Assembly: GCA_015654835.1 (NCBI GenBank)
Contig: JAATGG010000159.1
Location: 5,576 to 69,575 of the forward strand
Source: Terriglobales bacterium
GTDB lineage: Bacteria > Acidobacteriota > Terriglobia > Terriglobales > Acidobacteriaceae
Length of the DNA: 64,000 nt
Direction of reading: 5' to 3'
Within the stretch, counting starts at the first letter, position 1, and each line of letters opens with the position of its first letter. The notes under the pieces were generated by a model. The model was given only the letters and a program-made list of their open reading frames with translations, had not been told where the DNA came from and did not search any database. The translations under genes were made by a program, and so were the position numbers. Shown here piece after piece: positions 26,611 to 36,526 of the stretch.

Positions 26611-27447
26611 CTATGCTGAGATCCGGTCCGCGGGAAAGCTGCCGACCACTGCGCCGTCGGGGACATGCGTGCCTGCCAGAACGATGGCGTGGCTGCCAAT
26701 GCGCGCACCCGCGCCGATCACGGTGGGCACCAGCGTCACCTGGTCGTAGTTGTCAGGGGCGTGGCTATGCGAGTAGACCCGCGCAAAAGAGCCAATCACC
26801 GCATTCTTGCCGATGGTGATGCCGCCCCGGTCGTTGATCAAAGCGCGCTGGCGGATGGTGACGCCGTCTTCGATGGACAGATTGTAGCCGTAGGTGATGT
26901 CGAGGCCATGATAGATCCGGACGCCCTTGCCCATGTGGGCGAAGATGTGCCCGCCCAACATGCGGCGGAAGCGGAGGCCCAGCCAATGGTTAAGGCCGAT
27001 GGGCGAACGGTCGAACATCTGCCAGAACCAGAGCAGAGGCTTGCGCTCATTGAGCTTGTCGCAATCGGCGTCGGAAAAGTGCTGCGCCTCAAGCGTCACA
27101 TTTTGCGGATCGAGCGAGAGGCTGAGCACGTTGCCCGGCAGTTCGCTGGTAAGTGTCAGGTTGAGCGCGCCCCCGTGCGGACGGCCCAGGTAGATCTGAT
27201 AAAGCTGGTCGCGCACAATTTCTCCGCGACGCTCCGCGGAACGGTGCCGGGTAAACTCATCGTCCAGGAATTGAATCCAGCGGCGATAGACCTCTTCCGC
27301 TTCAGCCGCGGGGTGCGGAGCGTTGCTTGTCGAATTTTGTGCCATACCGATTGGACGATACAGCATCGAGGTGGGATGCATCGAGTCCCGAACGGCGGTA
27401 TAGGCTCCCCCTGCCGGCGCGCAGAGGCAGGCAAAGGGCGGTTTCAA
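26611..27447 (-). CDS. hexapeptide-repeat (LbH) acyltransferase with unassigned N-terminal region
   Basis: The C-terminal half contains IGKNAVIGSFARVYSHSH...VIGAGARIGSHAIVLAGTHVPDGAVVGS. The start is uncertain; internal candidates are ATG at 27381, 27366 and 27345. Confidence 0.7.
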   Translation of the reverse strand: MKPPFACLCAPAGGAYTAVRDSMHPTSMLYRPIGMAQNSTSNAPHPAAEAEEVYRRWIQFLDDEFTRHRSAERRGEIVRDQLYQIYLGRPHGGALNLTLTSELPGNVLSLSLDPQNVTLEAQHFSDADCDKLNERKPLLWFWQMFDRSPIGLNHWLGLRFRRMLGGHIFAHMGKGVRIYHGLDITYGYNLSIEDGVTIRQRALINDRGGITIGKNAVIGSFARVYSHSHAPDNYDQVTLVPTVIGAGARIGSHAIVLAGTHVPDGAVVGSFPADRISA

Positions 27448-27608
27448 GCGACAAGCTCAACCCAATGGGGGATGCGCATTCTTCCGCAGTCTGCGTAGGA
27501 TGGCCGGACAATGCAAATCGAGGGAATCTCTGAACGACAATGCTGAGACCGAGGAGCCGGCGGGCGGCAATCCTGCCCTCGACGGCACTCAACCTTGGAG
27601 GTTTGACC

Positions 27609-28220
27609 ATGCCCCATATCGCCCTTCCTTCCGACCTACCCGGCATTCGCGGCGCAATGGCCTTTCGGCCGGAAACGGCGCGCCCATTGAACGCCCTGGT
27701 TGAAGCGCTTTTGCAGGCGCCCAATACGCTGACACGCGGCGAGCGCGAGTTGATCGCAGCGTATGTTTCAAGCCGCAACGGTACCCGCTATTGCCATAGC
27801 ATCCACGGCGCCGTGGCGGCTGCGCATTTGAGCGGCAACGAAGCGCTCGTGCGGCAGGTCAAGACCGACTTCATGCGGGCCGCGATCAGCGACAAGCTCA
27901 AGGCGCTGCTGGTAATCGCAGGCAGGGTGCAACAGGACGGCAAACTGGTGACTGCCGCCGATGTGGAGGCGGCACGCAAGCAGGGCGCGACCGATCTGGA
28001 GATTCACGACACGGTACTGATTGCCGCAGCCTTCTGCATGTACAACCGCTACGTGGATGGGCTGGACACCAACCAGCCGGAAGATGAGGCCTTTTATCGC
28101 GAGCGCGGCAGACGCGTGGCCCGCGATGGCTATGTCACGGTGAGCGAAGAGTATCTCGCAAGACACGCCGCCAAGGCACCTGCCGCCCAAGAATCCCGTA
28201 CCTATTCCCACACATACTAA
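27609..28220 (+). CDS. carboxymuconolactone decarboxylase / AhpD-like family protein, copy 1 (first Cys of CxxC missing)
   Basis: Start at MPHIALPSDLPGI, with GGAGG upstream. The motif region reads SSRNGTRYCHSIHG. It is a paralog of the next gene. Confidence 0.75.
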   Translation: MPHIALPSDLPGIRGAMAFRPETARPLNALVEALLQAPNTLTRGERELIAAYVSSRNGTRYCHSIHGAVAAAHLSGNEALVRQVKTDFMRAAISDKLKALLVIAGRVQQDGKLVTAADVEAARKQGATDLEIHDTVLIAAAFCMYNRYVDGLDTNQPEDEAFYRERGRRVARDGYVTVSEEYLARHAAKAPAAQESRTYSHTY

Positions 28221-28230
28221 GGAGGGAACG

Positions 28231-28803
28231 ATGCCACACATTCATCTGCCCGAAGGTCTGCCCGGCATTGCGGCTGGGCTGGCGTATCGCCCGGAAACAG
28301 GCAAGCCGCTGCGCGCGTTGGCGCATGTGCTGCTACACGAGCCCAACTCACTCACCGCCGGTGAGCGTGAACTGATCGCCACCTATGTTTCTTCGCGCAA
28401 CGATTGCTATTTCTGCCAGACGAGCCACGGAGCGGCCGCGGCCTGCCACTTGGGCGATGCTGCGCTCGTCGAACAAGTAAAGACTAACTTCGAATCTGCC
28501 GCGATCAGCAACAAGCTCAAGGCGCTGCTGGCGATTGCGGGCAAGGTGCAGCAGGACGGCAAGCTGGTAACCCCGGCCGATGTGGAGGCAGCCCGCAAGC
28601 AGGGCGCAACCGACCTGGAGATTCACGATACAGTGCTGATTGCCGCGGCCTTCTGCATGTATAACCGCTACGTGGACGGGTTGGGCACGTGGCAGCCGCG
28701 CGACCCGCAGATGTATGCCGAGATGGGCAAGCATCTGGCTGCGGAGGGATACACGGCGCCACCAACCCGGCGAGAAGCAGCGGAGCCGGTTGCGGCTGCA
28801 TAG
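28231..28803 (+). CDS. carboxymuconolactone decarboxylase / AhpD-like family protein, copy 2 (intact CxxCxxxH)
   Basis: N-terminus MPHIHLPEGLPGI. The motif region reads SSRNDCYFCQTSHG. It sits 10 nt downstream of copy 1. Confidence 0.8.
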   Translation: MPHIHLPEGLPGIAAGLAYRPETGKPLRALAHVLLHEPNSLTAGERELIATYVSSRNDCYFCQTSHGAAAACHLGDAALVEQVKTNFESAAISNKLKALLAIAGKVQQDGKLVTPADVEAARKQGATDLEIHDTVLIAAAFCMYNRYVDGLGTWQPRDPQMYAEMGKHLAAEGYTAPPTRREAAEPVAAA

Positions 28804-28944
28804 ACATAAGTAGACGGCGGCTTGCGCTGCTTCACCGGTCATCGACAAAGCAAAGGGGACAGGCTGCGATGCCTGTCCCCTTTGTTGCTGCTGAGACTGC
28901 TTTGAGCAAGCCCCTGGAAACGCCACTCAAACTGGAAAACCGAT

Positions 28945-30810
28945 CTAGCGGCGGCCTTGAATGGTGCGAGCGGCGCCTGCTCCATTCTTTTTGACAGCGC
29001 GCTTGGCGGCGATGGCGTGCATCTCCTTGCCCATCTTCGATTGGTTGATCGCAAGCTGCATGGCCAAGTTGATCAGGTTGCCGGTGCCCCAGTAGAGCGC
29101 GAGTCCTGAAGCAAAATGCCACATGGAGAAGCCGAAAATCACCGGCATCATGAAAGCCATCATGCGGCGCTGGGCCGGGTCCATACCCGGCGCTGGGGTG
29201 AGGAACTGCACCAGGAACATGCTGGCGATGATGATGATGGGCAGAATGTGCCACGGATCGGGTGATGAGAGATCGGTGAGCCAGAACCAGTGGGCCTGGC
29301 GCAACTCGACCGCGTTGGCCAGCACGCGATAGTAAGCGAAGAACAGAGGCATCTGCACCAGCATGGGCAGGCAGCCGCCGTACATATTGACGCCCTCGGT
29401 TTTATAGAGGGCCATCATCTCGCTGTTCATTTCGACCCGCTTGGGGTCGTTCATCTTGAGATGAGCGAAGCGCCTCTTGATGGCTTCAACCTTGGGTTGA
29501 ATGCGCATCATCTTCAGCGAAGACCGCATCATCATCAACCGTGTCGGCAGCATCAACAGGTTGAAGATCACGGTAACGATGATGATGGCCCAGCCCCAGT
29601 TATAGGCGCCGTTGCCGAGGAAATCATGCAGGAAGCGCAGCGCCAGGTAGAGAGGCTTGGCGATGACGGTGAGCCAGGTGAACTGGACCAGGGGCTCAAG
29701 ATTCTGGCCGGTCGCCTTGCCGTCCGCGCTGATGGCGTGGATGGAGGTCAGCACGTCCATGGCCTTGGGACCTGCGAAGACCCGCACGCGCGTGTAGCCG
29801 CCTGTATCTCCCACGGCCAGGCCAATTACATCGGCAGGCTTCTTTTGGCTATTGGGATCGTTGAGGTCGCTGGGCAGGTCAATCGTATTGTGCAGCGTGA
29901 CCAGGGTCGCGCGCGCAGGCACATCGGGCAGCAAAGCGGCCGCGAAATAGAGGTCGGCGATGGCCGCATACTCATAAGGCTGGTCGAGAGTGGCGTTGCC
30001 GCTCACCTTGGACGCCTTCTCGGAGTCCTGCTTGCCGTCGAGCGACCAGGCAAAGATGGAGTTGGCGGAACTACGGATCAGATAGCCGGAGTCGCCACCC
30101 TTGACCGTCTGAGGTTTGAATTCCTCCATGTCGCCCAGACCTGCCGGCCAGGAGAGCAGCGCGCGGACCGGAAGACCGTTGCGGCGCACCTGTACCTCCG
30201 CCGTGACAACGTAGCTGGTGTCGAAGCGGAAGGTCTTCACCACATCCAACCCGTTCTGGGCGTAGTGGAAGGTGACCGCGTTGGGAGCGAGCACAAAACC
30301 GGTCGCCGAAGGCCGATAGAGCACCTGGTTCAACTGCGCGGTAAGGGCAGGCTCATAAGTAAAGAGCGAGAGCGGCAGTCCGAAACGCTCGGAGGCCTGC
30401 TGCTGCACCATGTCGAGCGGCTTGCCAGCCGAATCGCTGTACTTCTTAAGAATCCAATGCTTCGCCTGCGCGCCGCGATTGGTGAAGACGATCTTCACGT
30501 TTTCGTTTTCGACGGTGGTCTCGGTTTCAGCCGCGGCAGTGATGCCGGGCGCGGCCGACGGGCTGGCGGCAACCTGCGCAGGCTGACCGGGCGCAGCCGG
30601 CATTTGCGCGGCCTGGGGCGCCTGGGGCTGCGACAGAGCCTGGGTGGGCGCGGGCAGAGCCGGTTTGGGCTTGAAAAAATATTGATAGCCGAACAGAGCA
30701 ACGAGGGCCAACATGCTGACAATCAAGGTGCCGCGCATGTCGCCGCCGCCGCTTCCACTGCCGCCGCCGGAGCCCTGCGTCTGAAGATTGGGATTGCGAA
30801 ATTCTGGCAA
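28945..30810 (-). CDS. yidC: membrane protein insertase YidC
   Basis: 621 aa with a large periplasmic domain and the conserved C-terminal core NWGWAIIIVTVIFNLLMLP...YGGCLPMLVQMPLFFAYY. Confidence 0.95.
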   Translation of the reverse strand: MPEFRNPNLQTQGSGGGSGSGGGDMRGTLIVSMLALVALFGYQYFFKPKPALPAPTQALSQPQAPQAAQMPAAPGQPAQVAASPSAAPGITAAAETETTVENENVKIVFTNRGAQAKHWILKKYSDSAGKPLDMVQQQASERFGLPLSLFTYEPALTAQLNQVLYRPSATGFVLAPNAVTFHYAQNGLDVVKTFRFDTSYVVTAEVQVRRNGLPVRALLSWPAGLGDMEEFKPQTVKGGDSGYLIRSSANSIFAWSLDGKQDSEKASKVSGNATLDQPYEYAAIADLYFAAALLPDVPARATLVTLHNTIDLPSDLNDPNSQKKPADVIGLAVGDTGGYTRVRVFAGPKAMDVLTSIHAISADGKATGQNLEPLVQFTWLTVIAKPLYLALRFLHDFLGNGAYNWGWAIIIVTVIFNLLMLPTRLMMMRSSLKMMRIQPKVEAIKRRFAHLKMNDPKRVEMNSEMMALYKTEGVNMYGGCLPMLVQMPLFFAYYRVLANAVELRQAHWFWLTDLSSPDPWHILPIIIIASMFLVQFLTPAPGMDPAQRRMMAFMMPVIFGFSMWHFASGLALYWGTGNLINLAMQLAINQSKMGKEMHAIAAKRAVKKNGAGAARTIQGRR

Positions 30811-30861
30811 AGGGTACTTCCTATCGTGAAGAGAAGGCAGACCGTCGGGCCGCCGCTTGTC

Positions 30862-31125
30862 CTATGGTAATGGTTCGTGGGGGAAATGGCTTGGGAGAGC
30901 CGCAGGAGGGACGGGATCAAGCCCTCCGCGGGCAAAAGGGTGACAGCGTAGCAGTCTCCATAACGCCAGCGCACTACCGCGCAGAGGCCCGTGGGTGGCA
31001 ATGGCCACGGCGGCATACTCCGAACAGGTAGGCAGATAACGACAGCCGCCGGGCCCCAGCGAATGCAATGCCGGCGACAGCCAGTGCTGGTAGAACGCGA
31101 GAGTGGCGAGCAGGAGGCGCGTCAT
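30862..31125 (-). CDS. yidD: membrane protein insertion efficiency factor YidD
   Basis: 87 aa containing [27 protein letters not shown]...[20 protein letters not shown]. Confidence 0.9.
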   Translation of the reverse strand: MTRLLLATLAFYQHWLSPALHSLGPGGCRYLPTCSEYAAVAIATHGPLRGSALALWRLLRCHPFARGGLDPVPPAALPSHFPHEPLP

Positions 31126-31592
31126 GAGATAGGCGTGTCTGAGGCCGGACGACGGGCAGAGGACGGAGCCGTGTGGGCTGGCCGGACTTTTGCCTGGGCA
31201 TCGGCACTTGCCTGCCTGAGGATACGCACAACCTCTGCTTCAAGTTTCGTGAATTCGAGAGTCAGTACAGAGCGGCGCGGATGAAGGACCAGGTCGCAAC
31301 CGGCGGGCAGCAGGTCGAGGTGGCGGCGCAGAGCCTCGCGCATCCGGCGCTTGAGACGGTTGCGCTCATGCGCTTTGCCCAGCACCTTGCCTGCGGTGAG
31401 CCCGACACGCGGGCCAGCCGGGGCAGGATGATCGGGCGTGGCTGCCGGCTGCGGCGCCAAGAACCAGCTCATAGAGGAAGATTGCCGCTTGCGGCTTGCC
31501 GCATAGGCGCGCTGATAGTCTGCGTGTTTGCGCAGACGCACACCCGTGAGCGACTGGGTTTGACGCTTGGCAGGCTTGGAAGGGGCAATCAT
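31122..31592 (-). CDS. rnpA: ribonuclease P protein component
   Basis: Start at [11 protein letters not shown] (ATG 31590-31592). Basic region [11 protein letters not shown]...[26 protein letters not shown]. It forms an ATGA overlap with yidD. The longer ORF would overlap rpmH. Confidence 0.85.
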   Translation of the reverse strand: MIAPSKPAKRQTQSLTGVRLRKHADYQRAYAASRKRQSSSMSWFLAPQPAATPDHPAPAGPRVGLTAGKVLGKAHERNRLKRRMREALRRHLDLLPAGCDLVLHPRRSVLTLEFTKLEAEVVRILRQASADAQAKVRPAHTAPSSARRPASDTPIS

Positions 31593-31671
31593 GGTAGTGC
31601 CGGAAGGAGTTGAACCCGGAACGGTGACGGTCGACAACGCGTTCCGGATCAAACAAAAACGGGCAGAATGA

Positions 31672-31827
31672 TTAGTCGCGGAAGCCAGCGCTGACAGATA
31701 CGCGCTTGCGGCCAATGGCGCGACGGCGGCTCAACACGGCTGCGCCGCTCTTGGTCTTCATGCGGGCACGGAAACCGTGGGTCTTTACGCGGCGATGGCG
31801 ATTGGGTTGAAATGTGCGCTTGGGCAT
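31672..31827 (-). CDS. rpmH: 50S ribosomal protein L34
   Basis: 51 aa: [45 protein letters not shown]. Confidence 0.95.
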   Translation of the reverse strand: MPKRTFQPNRHRRVKTHGFRARMKTKSGAAVLSRRRAIGRKRVSVSAGFRD

Positions 31828-32359
31828 CGAAATGCGCTCCTGTTCCCTAGGGAAAATCTGTGCCTTGACGGCAAGAATTAAGTCTATCGCAGGTTGCGCC
31901 AGGAATCCAGCAGAAAGTGGCGCCTGAGAATAAAAGAGGACGGTCAACCGGAAGGGAAGATCGCGCTTCCAACCGACATAGCAGGGACTGAAAGTTGTCT
32001 GCAAGTAAGGGTGCATCTCGCTCTTTTTATAGTGACTTCAGTCACATATTCGATAGGTTTCACCAACCTTGGTGCAATCGCACAAGAGCACGCTAATCTT
32101 ATGTGAAAGAGCGGTTGCAGGCACTGCCAGATGTGCTACTATCGGGACCGTTCATGAAAGTTTCCTAGCGTCCCACGGTACGAATTTATCCAAGCCCCCC
32201 CAGGTCGAAAATCGCAGGGGCAGATCAGCGGCAGCCAAGCATTGTGACAGGCGTTTGGACGGAAGCGAAATCTTCGCGCCCAGAGAGAGCCCTTGCTGAA
32301 AACACCGCAGGTAAACCCGACCGGCACCAACATAGGCGACGCAGGCAAGGATTAGCTCG
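31828..32359. other. rpmH-dnaA intergenic region, positional oriC / dnaA-promoter candidate
   Basis: 532 bp of non-coding sequence. The patch at 32020-32060 is less GC-rich and contains the inverted repeat GTGACT-tc-AGTCAC at 32032-32045. I found only one DnaA box with two or fewer mismatches (TTATCCAAG, 32186-32194). Confidence 0.3.
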
Positions 32360-33766
32360 ATGGCATTTGCAATTTCGCCGGCAACGGCACTCAATCCCTG
32401 GCTACAGATCCTGGCAGCGCTGGAGAAGAAGGTCATCCGCCAGTCATTTGAAACCTGGCTTAAGCCCACTCGATTCAGTCACGCTGCGGGCCGAACTCTT
32501 TACGTTCGTGTGCCCTCGCCTGAGTTTCAACATATCGGCGACAAATATGGCGACCTGATTCAGGAAGCAATCGATCTGCAGTCTCTGGAGTTCGACGACG
32601 TATGCTTCGTCACCGCGGAGGAGGACCCCTCCATTCCACCGCAACGCAAGGACGGTGGATTCGGCCCTGTCCCTGCTCATGCTCCTACTGCGCCCGCCAC
32701 ACCGGCGCAGCGGACGCCGGAGCAGGCACGCTTCGACTGGTCGAGCGCGGCTCAGCTTAACCCCCGCTACACCTTCGACAACTTCGTGATCGGCAACGGC
32801 AACCAGTTTGCCCGGGCCGCAGCGTTGGCGGTGGCCGAACGGCCCTCCCGCGCCTACAATCCGCTGTTTCTGTATGGCGGCGTCGGAATGGGCAAAACTC
32901 ACCTGATGCACGCCATCGGCCACGACGTGAAGCGCCGGCAGCCGTCGTCGAGCATTTGCTATGTCTCCGCGGAGAAATTTACCAACGAGATGATCACCTC
33001 GTTGCGCAACGACCGCATGACCAGCTTCCGCGACCGCTTTCGGACGGTCGATGTGCTGCTGATCGACGATATCCAGTTCATCGCGCAGAAGGAACGCACG
33101 CAGGAAGAGTTCTTCCACACTTTCAATGCACTGCACGAGAGCATGAAGCAGATTGTGATTGCCTCGGACCGGCCGCCGAAAGAACTGGCGGAGATCGAGG
33201 ATCGGCTGCGTTCGCGCTTTGAGTGGGGCCTGATCGCCGACATTCAACCGCCCGACCTGGAAACCAAGGTCGCGATTCTGCAAAAGAAGGCCGAGAGCGA
33301 GCAGGTAACGCTGCCGACCGATGTTGCGCTTTTTGTGGCGTCGAACGTGCGCACCAACGTGCGCGAGCTTGAGGGCGCCCTGGTGCGGCTGATCGCCTGG
33401 TGCCAGATGAACCACATGGAGATCACGCTGGCCACTACCCAGCAGTGCCTCAAGCAGTTCATCGACATGCAGGTACGCAAGATCACGATCGAGGCGATTC
33501 AGCGCGCCGTTGCCGAGCAATTCGGTATGCGGATCAGCGACCTGAAGCAGAAGAACAATTCGCGCAACGTGGTTGTGCCGCGACAGATCGCCATGTACCT
33601 GGCCAAGCAGATGACGGAAGCCAGTCTGCCGGAAATCGGCCGCCAGTTCGGCAACAAGCATCACACCACGGTGATGCACTCAATCGCCAAGATCGACGAA
33701 CAGCGCCGCGCCGACAAGGACCTGCATCGCACTTTGAATAAGTTGCAGGAACAGCTAAACGGGTAG
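32360..33766 (+). CDS. dnaA: chromosomal replication initiator protein DnaA
   Basis: 468 aa. Walker A YGGVGMGKTHLMHAIG, LLIDDIQF, box VII/VIII, and the C-terminal DNA-binding helix GNKHHTTVMHSIAKI. Confidence 0.97.
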   Translation: MAFAISPATALNPWLQILAALEKKVIRQSFETWLKPTRFSHAAGRTLYVRVPSPEFQHIGDKYGDLIQEAIDLQSLEFDDVCFVTAEEDPSIPPQRKDGGFGPVPAHAPTAPATPAQRTPEQARFDWSSAAQLNPRYTFDNFVIGNGNQFARAAALAVAERPSRAYNPLFLYGGVGMGKTHLMHAIGHDVKRRQPSSSICYVSAEKFTNEMITSLRNDRMTSFRDRFRTVDVLLIDDIQFIAQKERTQEEFFHTFNALHESMKQIVIASDRPPKELAEIEDRLRSRFEWGLIADIQPPDLETKVAILQKKAESEQVTLPTDVALFVASNVRTNVRELEGALVRLIAWCQMNHMEITLATTQQCLKQFIDMQVRKITIEAIQRAVAEQFGMRISDLKQKNNSRNVVVPRQIAMYLAKQMTEASLPEIGRQFGNKHHTTVMHSIAKIDEQRRADKDLHRTLNKLQEQLNG

Positions 33767-33780
33767 ATAAGACATCAAGA

Positions 33781-33820
33781 GTAAAGGCCGCGCGCTGCGC
33801 GGCCTTTACTGTCTTGTTCT
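33781..33820. terminator. strong bidirectional intrinsic terminator after dnaA
   Basis: GTAAAGGCCGCGC-gct-GCGCGGCCTTTAC, a 13-bp perfect stem, followed by tgtcttgttct. Confidence 0.8.
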
Positions 33821-33871
33821 GTAACTTCTATATTCCCGAGCTATCTTATCCCAACGGCAATGAGGCCCCAC

Positions 33872-34276
33872 TTACCCGGTGGCCGGCGGAAACTCAGTTA
33901 CACTCAGCACATTGTTGTCGGGATCGTGAAACCAGGCAATGCGCGCGCCGCTGGGAGCAGTCCAGATGCCTTGCGGCGTGTTGTCATTGAGTCCTGGATA
34001 ACGGACGAAAGAAACACCCGCCGCTGTGAGTCGCTCGACGGTGCTCTCGATCTCATCCACCTGCCAGCCCAACACCGTGAATGGATCGGGCGTGTACTCT
34101 CGCACGAAGGCGACCCGCAGCATAGTTCCATTGACATCGAAGACGAGAGCGAAGGGCCTCTCGTCGGCAATGAGGCGCAACCCCAATACATCTTGATAGA
34201 AGAGCTGCGCCTTTGCCGGGTCGGTTGCGGGGACAAATGCAACCAGCTTGCTGCTGGCCAGGATGGCTTGTTGCAT
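33872..34276 (-). CDS. VOC/glyoxalase-bleomycin-resistance family protein
   Basis: 134 aa with LVAFVPATDPAKAQLFYQDVLGLRL. Confidence 0.75.
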   Translation of the reverse strand: MQQAILASSKLVAFVPATDPAKAQLFYQDVLGLRLIADERPFALVFDVNGTMLRVAFVREYTPDPFTVLGWQVDEIESTVERLTAAGVSFVRYPGLNDNTPQGIWTAPSGARIAWFHDPDNNVLSVTEFPPATG

Positions 34277-34340
34277 GCTCGGTCACCTCCACTGCAATCT
34301 GTCACAGGGCTGCGCCATTTGCAAGAGAAAACCGGGCACG

Positions 34341-35198
34341 CTACTGCGGCTGCACTACTAGGTCGTCGGCCAGCCTGAAGTGCACAATCGACTCCGCAGG
34401 AATGTCGATGTCGCGATTGCCGGTGAGCCCGGCGGCTGCGGTTCCAACGCCGCCGCCCACGAGGCCGCCGACGACCAAGCCGACGCCGCCGGTAGCCACG
34501 CCGCCAACCAACATGCCCAGGCCGGAGCCGCCTGCGATCAAACCCGCCGTACGCCTACCCTTCCCTTTTTTGCTGCGAGCCAAGTCGCGAGTCGCGAGCG
34601 GATATTGCGTGCCATTCAGTGTCAGCGAGGTCAAGCGCAGTTCCAGCAGCGAGCTGCCCTTGAAGTGGCCACGCCGATGCGCCACATCGACAACGCCACC
34701 GACCGGCGCGCCCTTGGGAATCAGAATGCCGCGATCGGCGGAGAGAATCGGCTGCACAACTTCGCCGGTAAAGCGTTCGCCCGCACGGGAACGCTTCACG
34801 CTGATGCTCTGATCGATCCGGATGGTCAGATCGGTGCCGGCCGGGATGCTTACGTTGGCCGGTGCTACTACCGGGGCTGGAGGCGGTGGCGGCACGGCGG
34901 AAACCACGGGGCCTGACGCCGCCGGAACGGGCGTCCCTGTTGCCGGGGGCGTTACCGTCGTGGTGACCACCTCGTTCTTTTGCCCTTGCGTGGGCGGCTG
35001 CACCACCGTCGTGCTGGTCGTGCCATTCTTATCGACAGAAACCACCTGCTGCGGCTGGCCGGTGGCGGCAGCCTGCTTCTTGGCCTGGTCCAGCGCCTGT
35101 TGCTGCTTGGAGGCGCATCCGGAAAGGAGGGCCATTCCCAATGCCAGGAACAATACCGGCAAGCGGCCGGTGCGCATCAATGAGCTTGAATTGAACAT
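34341..35198 (-). CDS. lipoprotein with C-terminal glycine-zipper segment
   Basis: Start at MFNSSSLMRTGRLPVLFLALGMALLSGC (lipobox LSGC). The C-terminus is GLIAGGSGLGMLVGGVATGGVGLVVGGLVGGGVG. Confidence 0.6.
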   Translation of the reverse strand: MFNSSSLMRTGRLPVLFLALGMALLSGCASKQQQALDQAKKQAAATGQPQQVVSVDKNGTTSTTVVQPPTQGQKNEVVTTTVTPPATGTPVPAASGPVVSAVPPPPPAPVVAPANVSIPAGTDLTIRIDQSISVKRSRAGERFTGEVVQPILSADRGILIPKGAPVGGVVDVAHRRGHFKGSSLLELRLTSLTLNGTQYPLATRDLARSKKGKGRRTAGLIAGGSGLGMLVGGVATGGVGLVVGGLVGGGVGTAAAGLTGNRDIDIPAESIVHFRLADDLVVQPQ

Positions 35199-35377
35199 GG
35201 TCCATCCTCTTTCACGCGCGTTGTATCCCAACACGACACACAGCTTGAATTGAACAACTGGGAAACTCTAGAGAATTGGATGCACATTCCTGCTGCCGCG
35301 CCGTCGGCAGGGCAATGGTTTCTAAAAAACGGATGGCTGGGAAACAGGCGTTTGGGCGCGATTTGCTGGAATTTTCG

Positions 35378-36526
35378 CTAAGGATTTGTCCTGGTCATCA
35401 ACTGCGCAAACATCTGCTGGAAGCGCGGCAGGTCAACGCCGATCTGTGCGTGGACGAGGCGCGCACCCGTCGCCGGCTTCAGTTTTTCGGTCCACGTAAG
35501 CGTGTCGCCGTAGGTAGGGCCATGGCTCAGGTCCACATCCATATAGAGAACATTCTCCCGCGTGATCAGGGTCGGATCGAGCCAGGCGCAGGCTGCCAGT
35601 TCGTCCCAAAGATAGTAACGATCCTGGCTCCAGGCGGCGATATAACGCGCAGCGGGGGTCTGCGACTTGGAGATTTCGTCGAGCATCTTCTGCGTGAACG
35701 GCGCTTTGATCGACACATCGACGGTAGTTACATCGACGCGCGGCCACTGTGCGTGCAGCACGATGTGAGCAGCCTCGGGATCGAACCAGAAATTGAATTC
35801 GTGGCGCGGGCTGGTGGCAAACTCCGGATCGTCTGTTTGCGGATTGAGGCTGCCGCCCATGAGCACAATGCCTCGGGTAAGTCCAGCAAACTCGGGATCG
35901 ATGGAGATGGCCAGCGCGATATTAGTCATGGGCCCGGCGGCATAAATAGTGACTTGGTGAGGATGCGCGCGCACCTGGCGGATGAGAAAGTGAGCAGCAT
36001 CTTCGTCGATGGGCTTGAGCACGGGCCGGCCTTCGGGCATCGGCGGAATCTCATAGGGGCCATGCGATTGAAGTTTGGCGGGCGTAGACGGCGTGATGCC
36101 CGCGGGCGTTTCCACCAGCATGGTCGGCCCCTGCCCCCACGCACCAAGCCAGGTGACCTGACCATTGAGCGCTGTGGCCAAGCGAGTTTCTTCCTGTGTG
36201 CGGATCAGCGGAAAAACCGCGCCTCTCGCCACGGGCACACCGGTGTGGCCGGTCAGCTCAAGCATGCGTAGGGTATGCAGGGTCTCTTCATCGCGCCAGG
36301 CATTGCCGGTAACCATGGTGATGCCCAGAACCTCAACCTGCGGAGCCTGCAAAAGTGCAAGCATGGCCATCTGATTGGAGCCGCCGGGGCCCGAGCCATC
36401 CTGATCGATCAGCACCAGACGCTTTTGCGCGGGAGTCACTTGTGCGCAAGACAGGGAAACGGCAAGGGCGAACAGCAGCAGACAAGCTCTAGCTCTCATT
36501 GCCGGGTATTGTGACATACCCTGCAT
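35378..36526 (-). CDS. secreted inosine-uridine-preferring nucleoside hydrolase family protein
   Basis: Signal peptide RARACLLLFALAVSLSCAQ, then the family motif VLIDQDGSGPGGSNQMAMLALL. The start is ambiguous (36526, 36517 or 36499). Confidence 0.75.
   Translation of the reverse strand: MQGMSQYPAMRARACLLLFALAVSLSCAQVTPAQKRLVLIDQDGSGPGGSNQMAMLALLQAPQVEVLGITMVTGNAWRDEETLHTLRMLELTGHTGVPVARGAVFPLIRTQEETRLATALNGQVTWLGAWGQGPTMLVETPAGITPSTPAKLQSHGPYEIPPMPEGRPVLKPIDEDAAHFLIRQVRAHPHQVTIYAAGPMTNIALAISIDPEFAGLTRGIVLMGGSLNPQTDDPEFATSPRHEFNFWFDPEAAHIVLHAQWPRVDVTTVDVSIKAPFTQKMLDEISKSQTPAARYIAAWSQDRYYLWDELAACAWLDPTLITRENVLYMDVDLSHGPTYGDTLTWTEKLKPATGARLVHAQIGVDLPRFQQMFAQLMTRTNP

Noticed and set aside
29290-30870. 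526-aa ORF on the plus strand
   Set aside because: It is an antisense shadow of yidC. The same reasoning applies to 32444..33679 (antisense to dnaA), 2332..3228 (glgC), 23673..25175 (scpA/trpS), 39492..40610 (M13 peptidase), 43501..44529 and 42768..43793 (trpD/sucC) and 60623..61864 (GGDEF-EAL).
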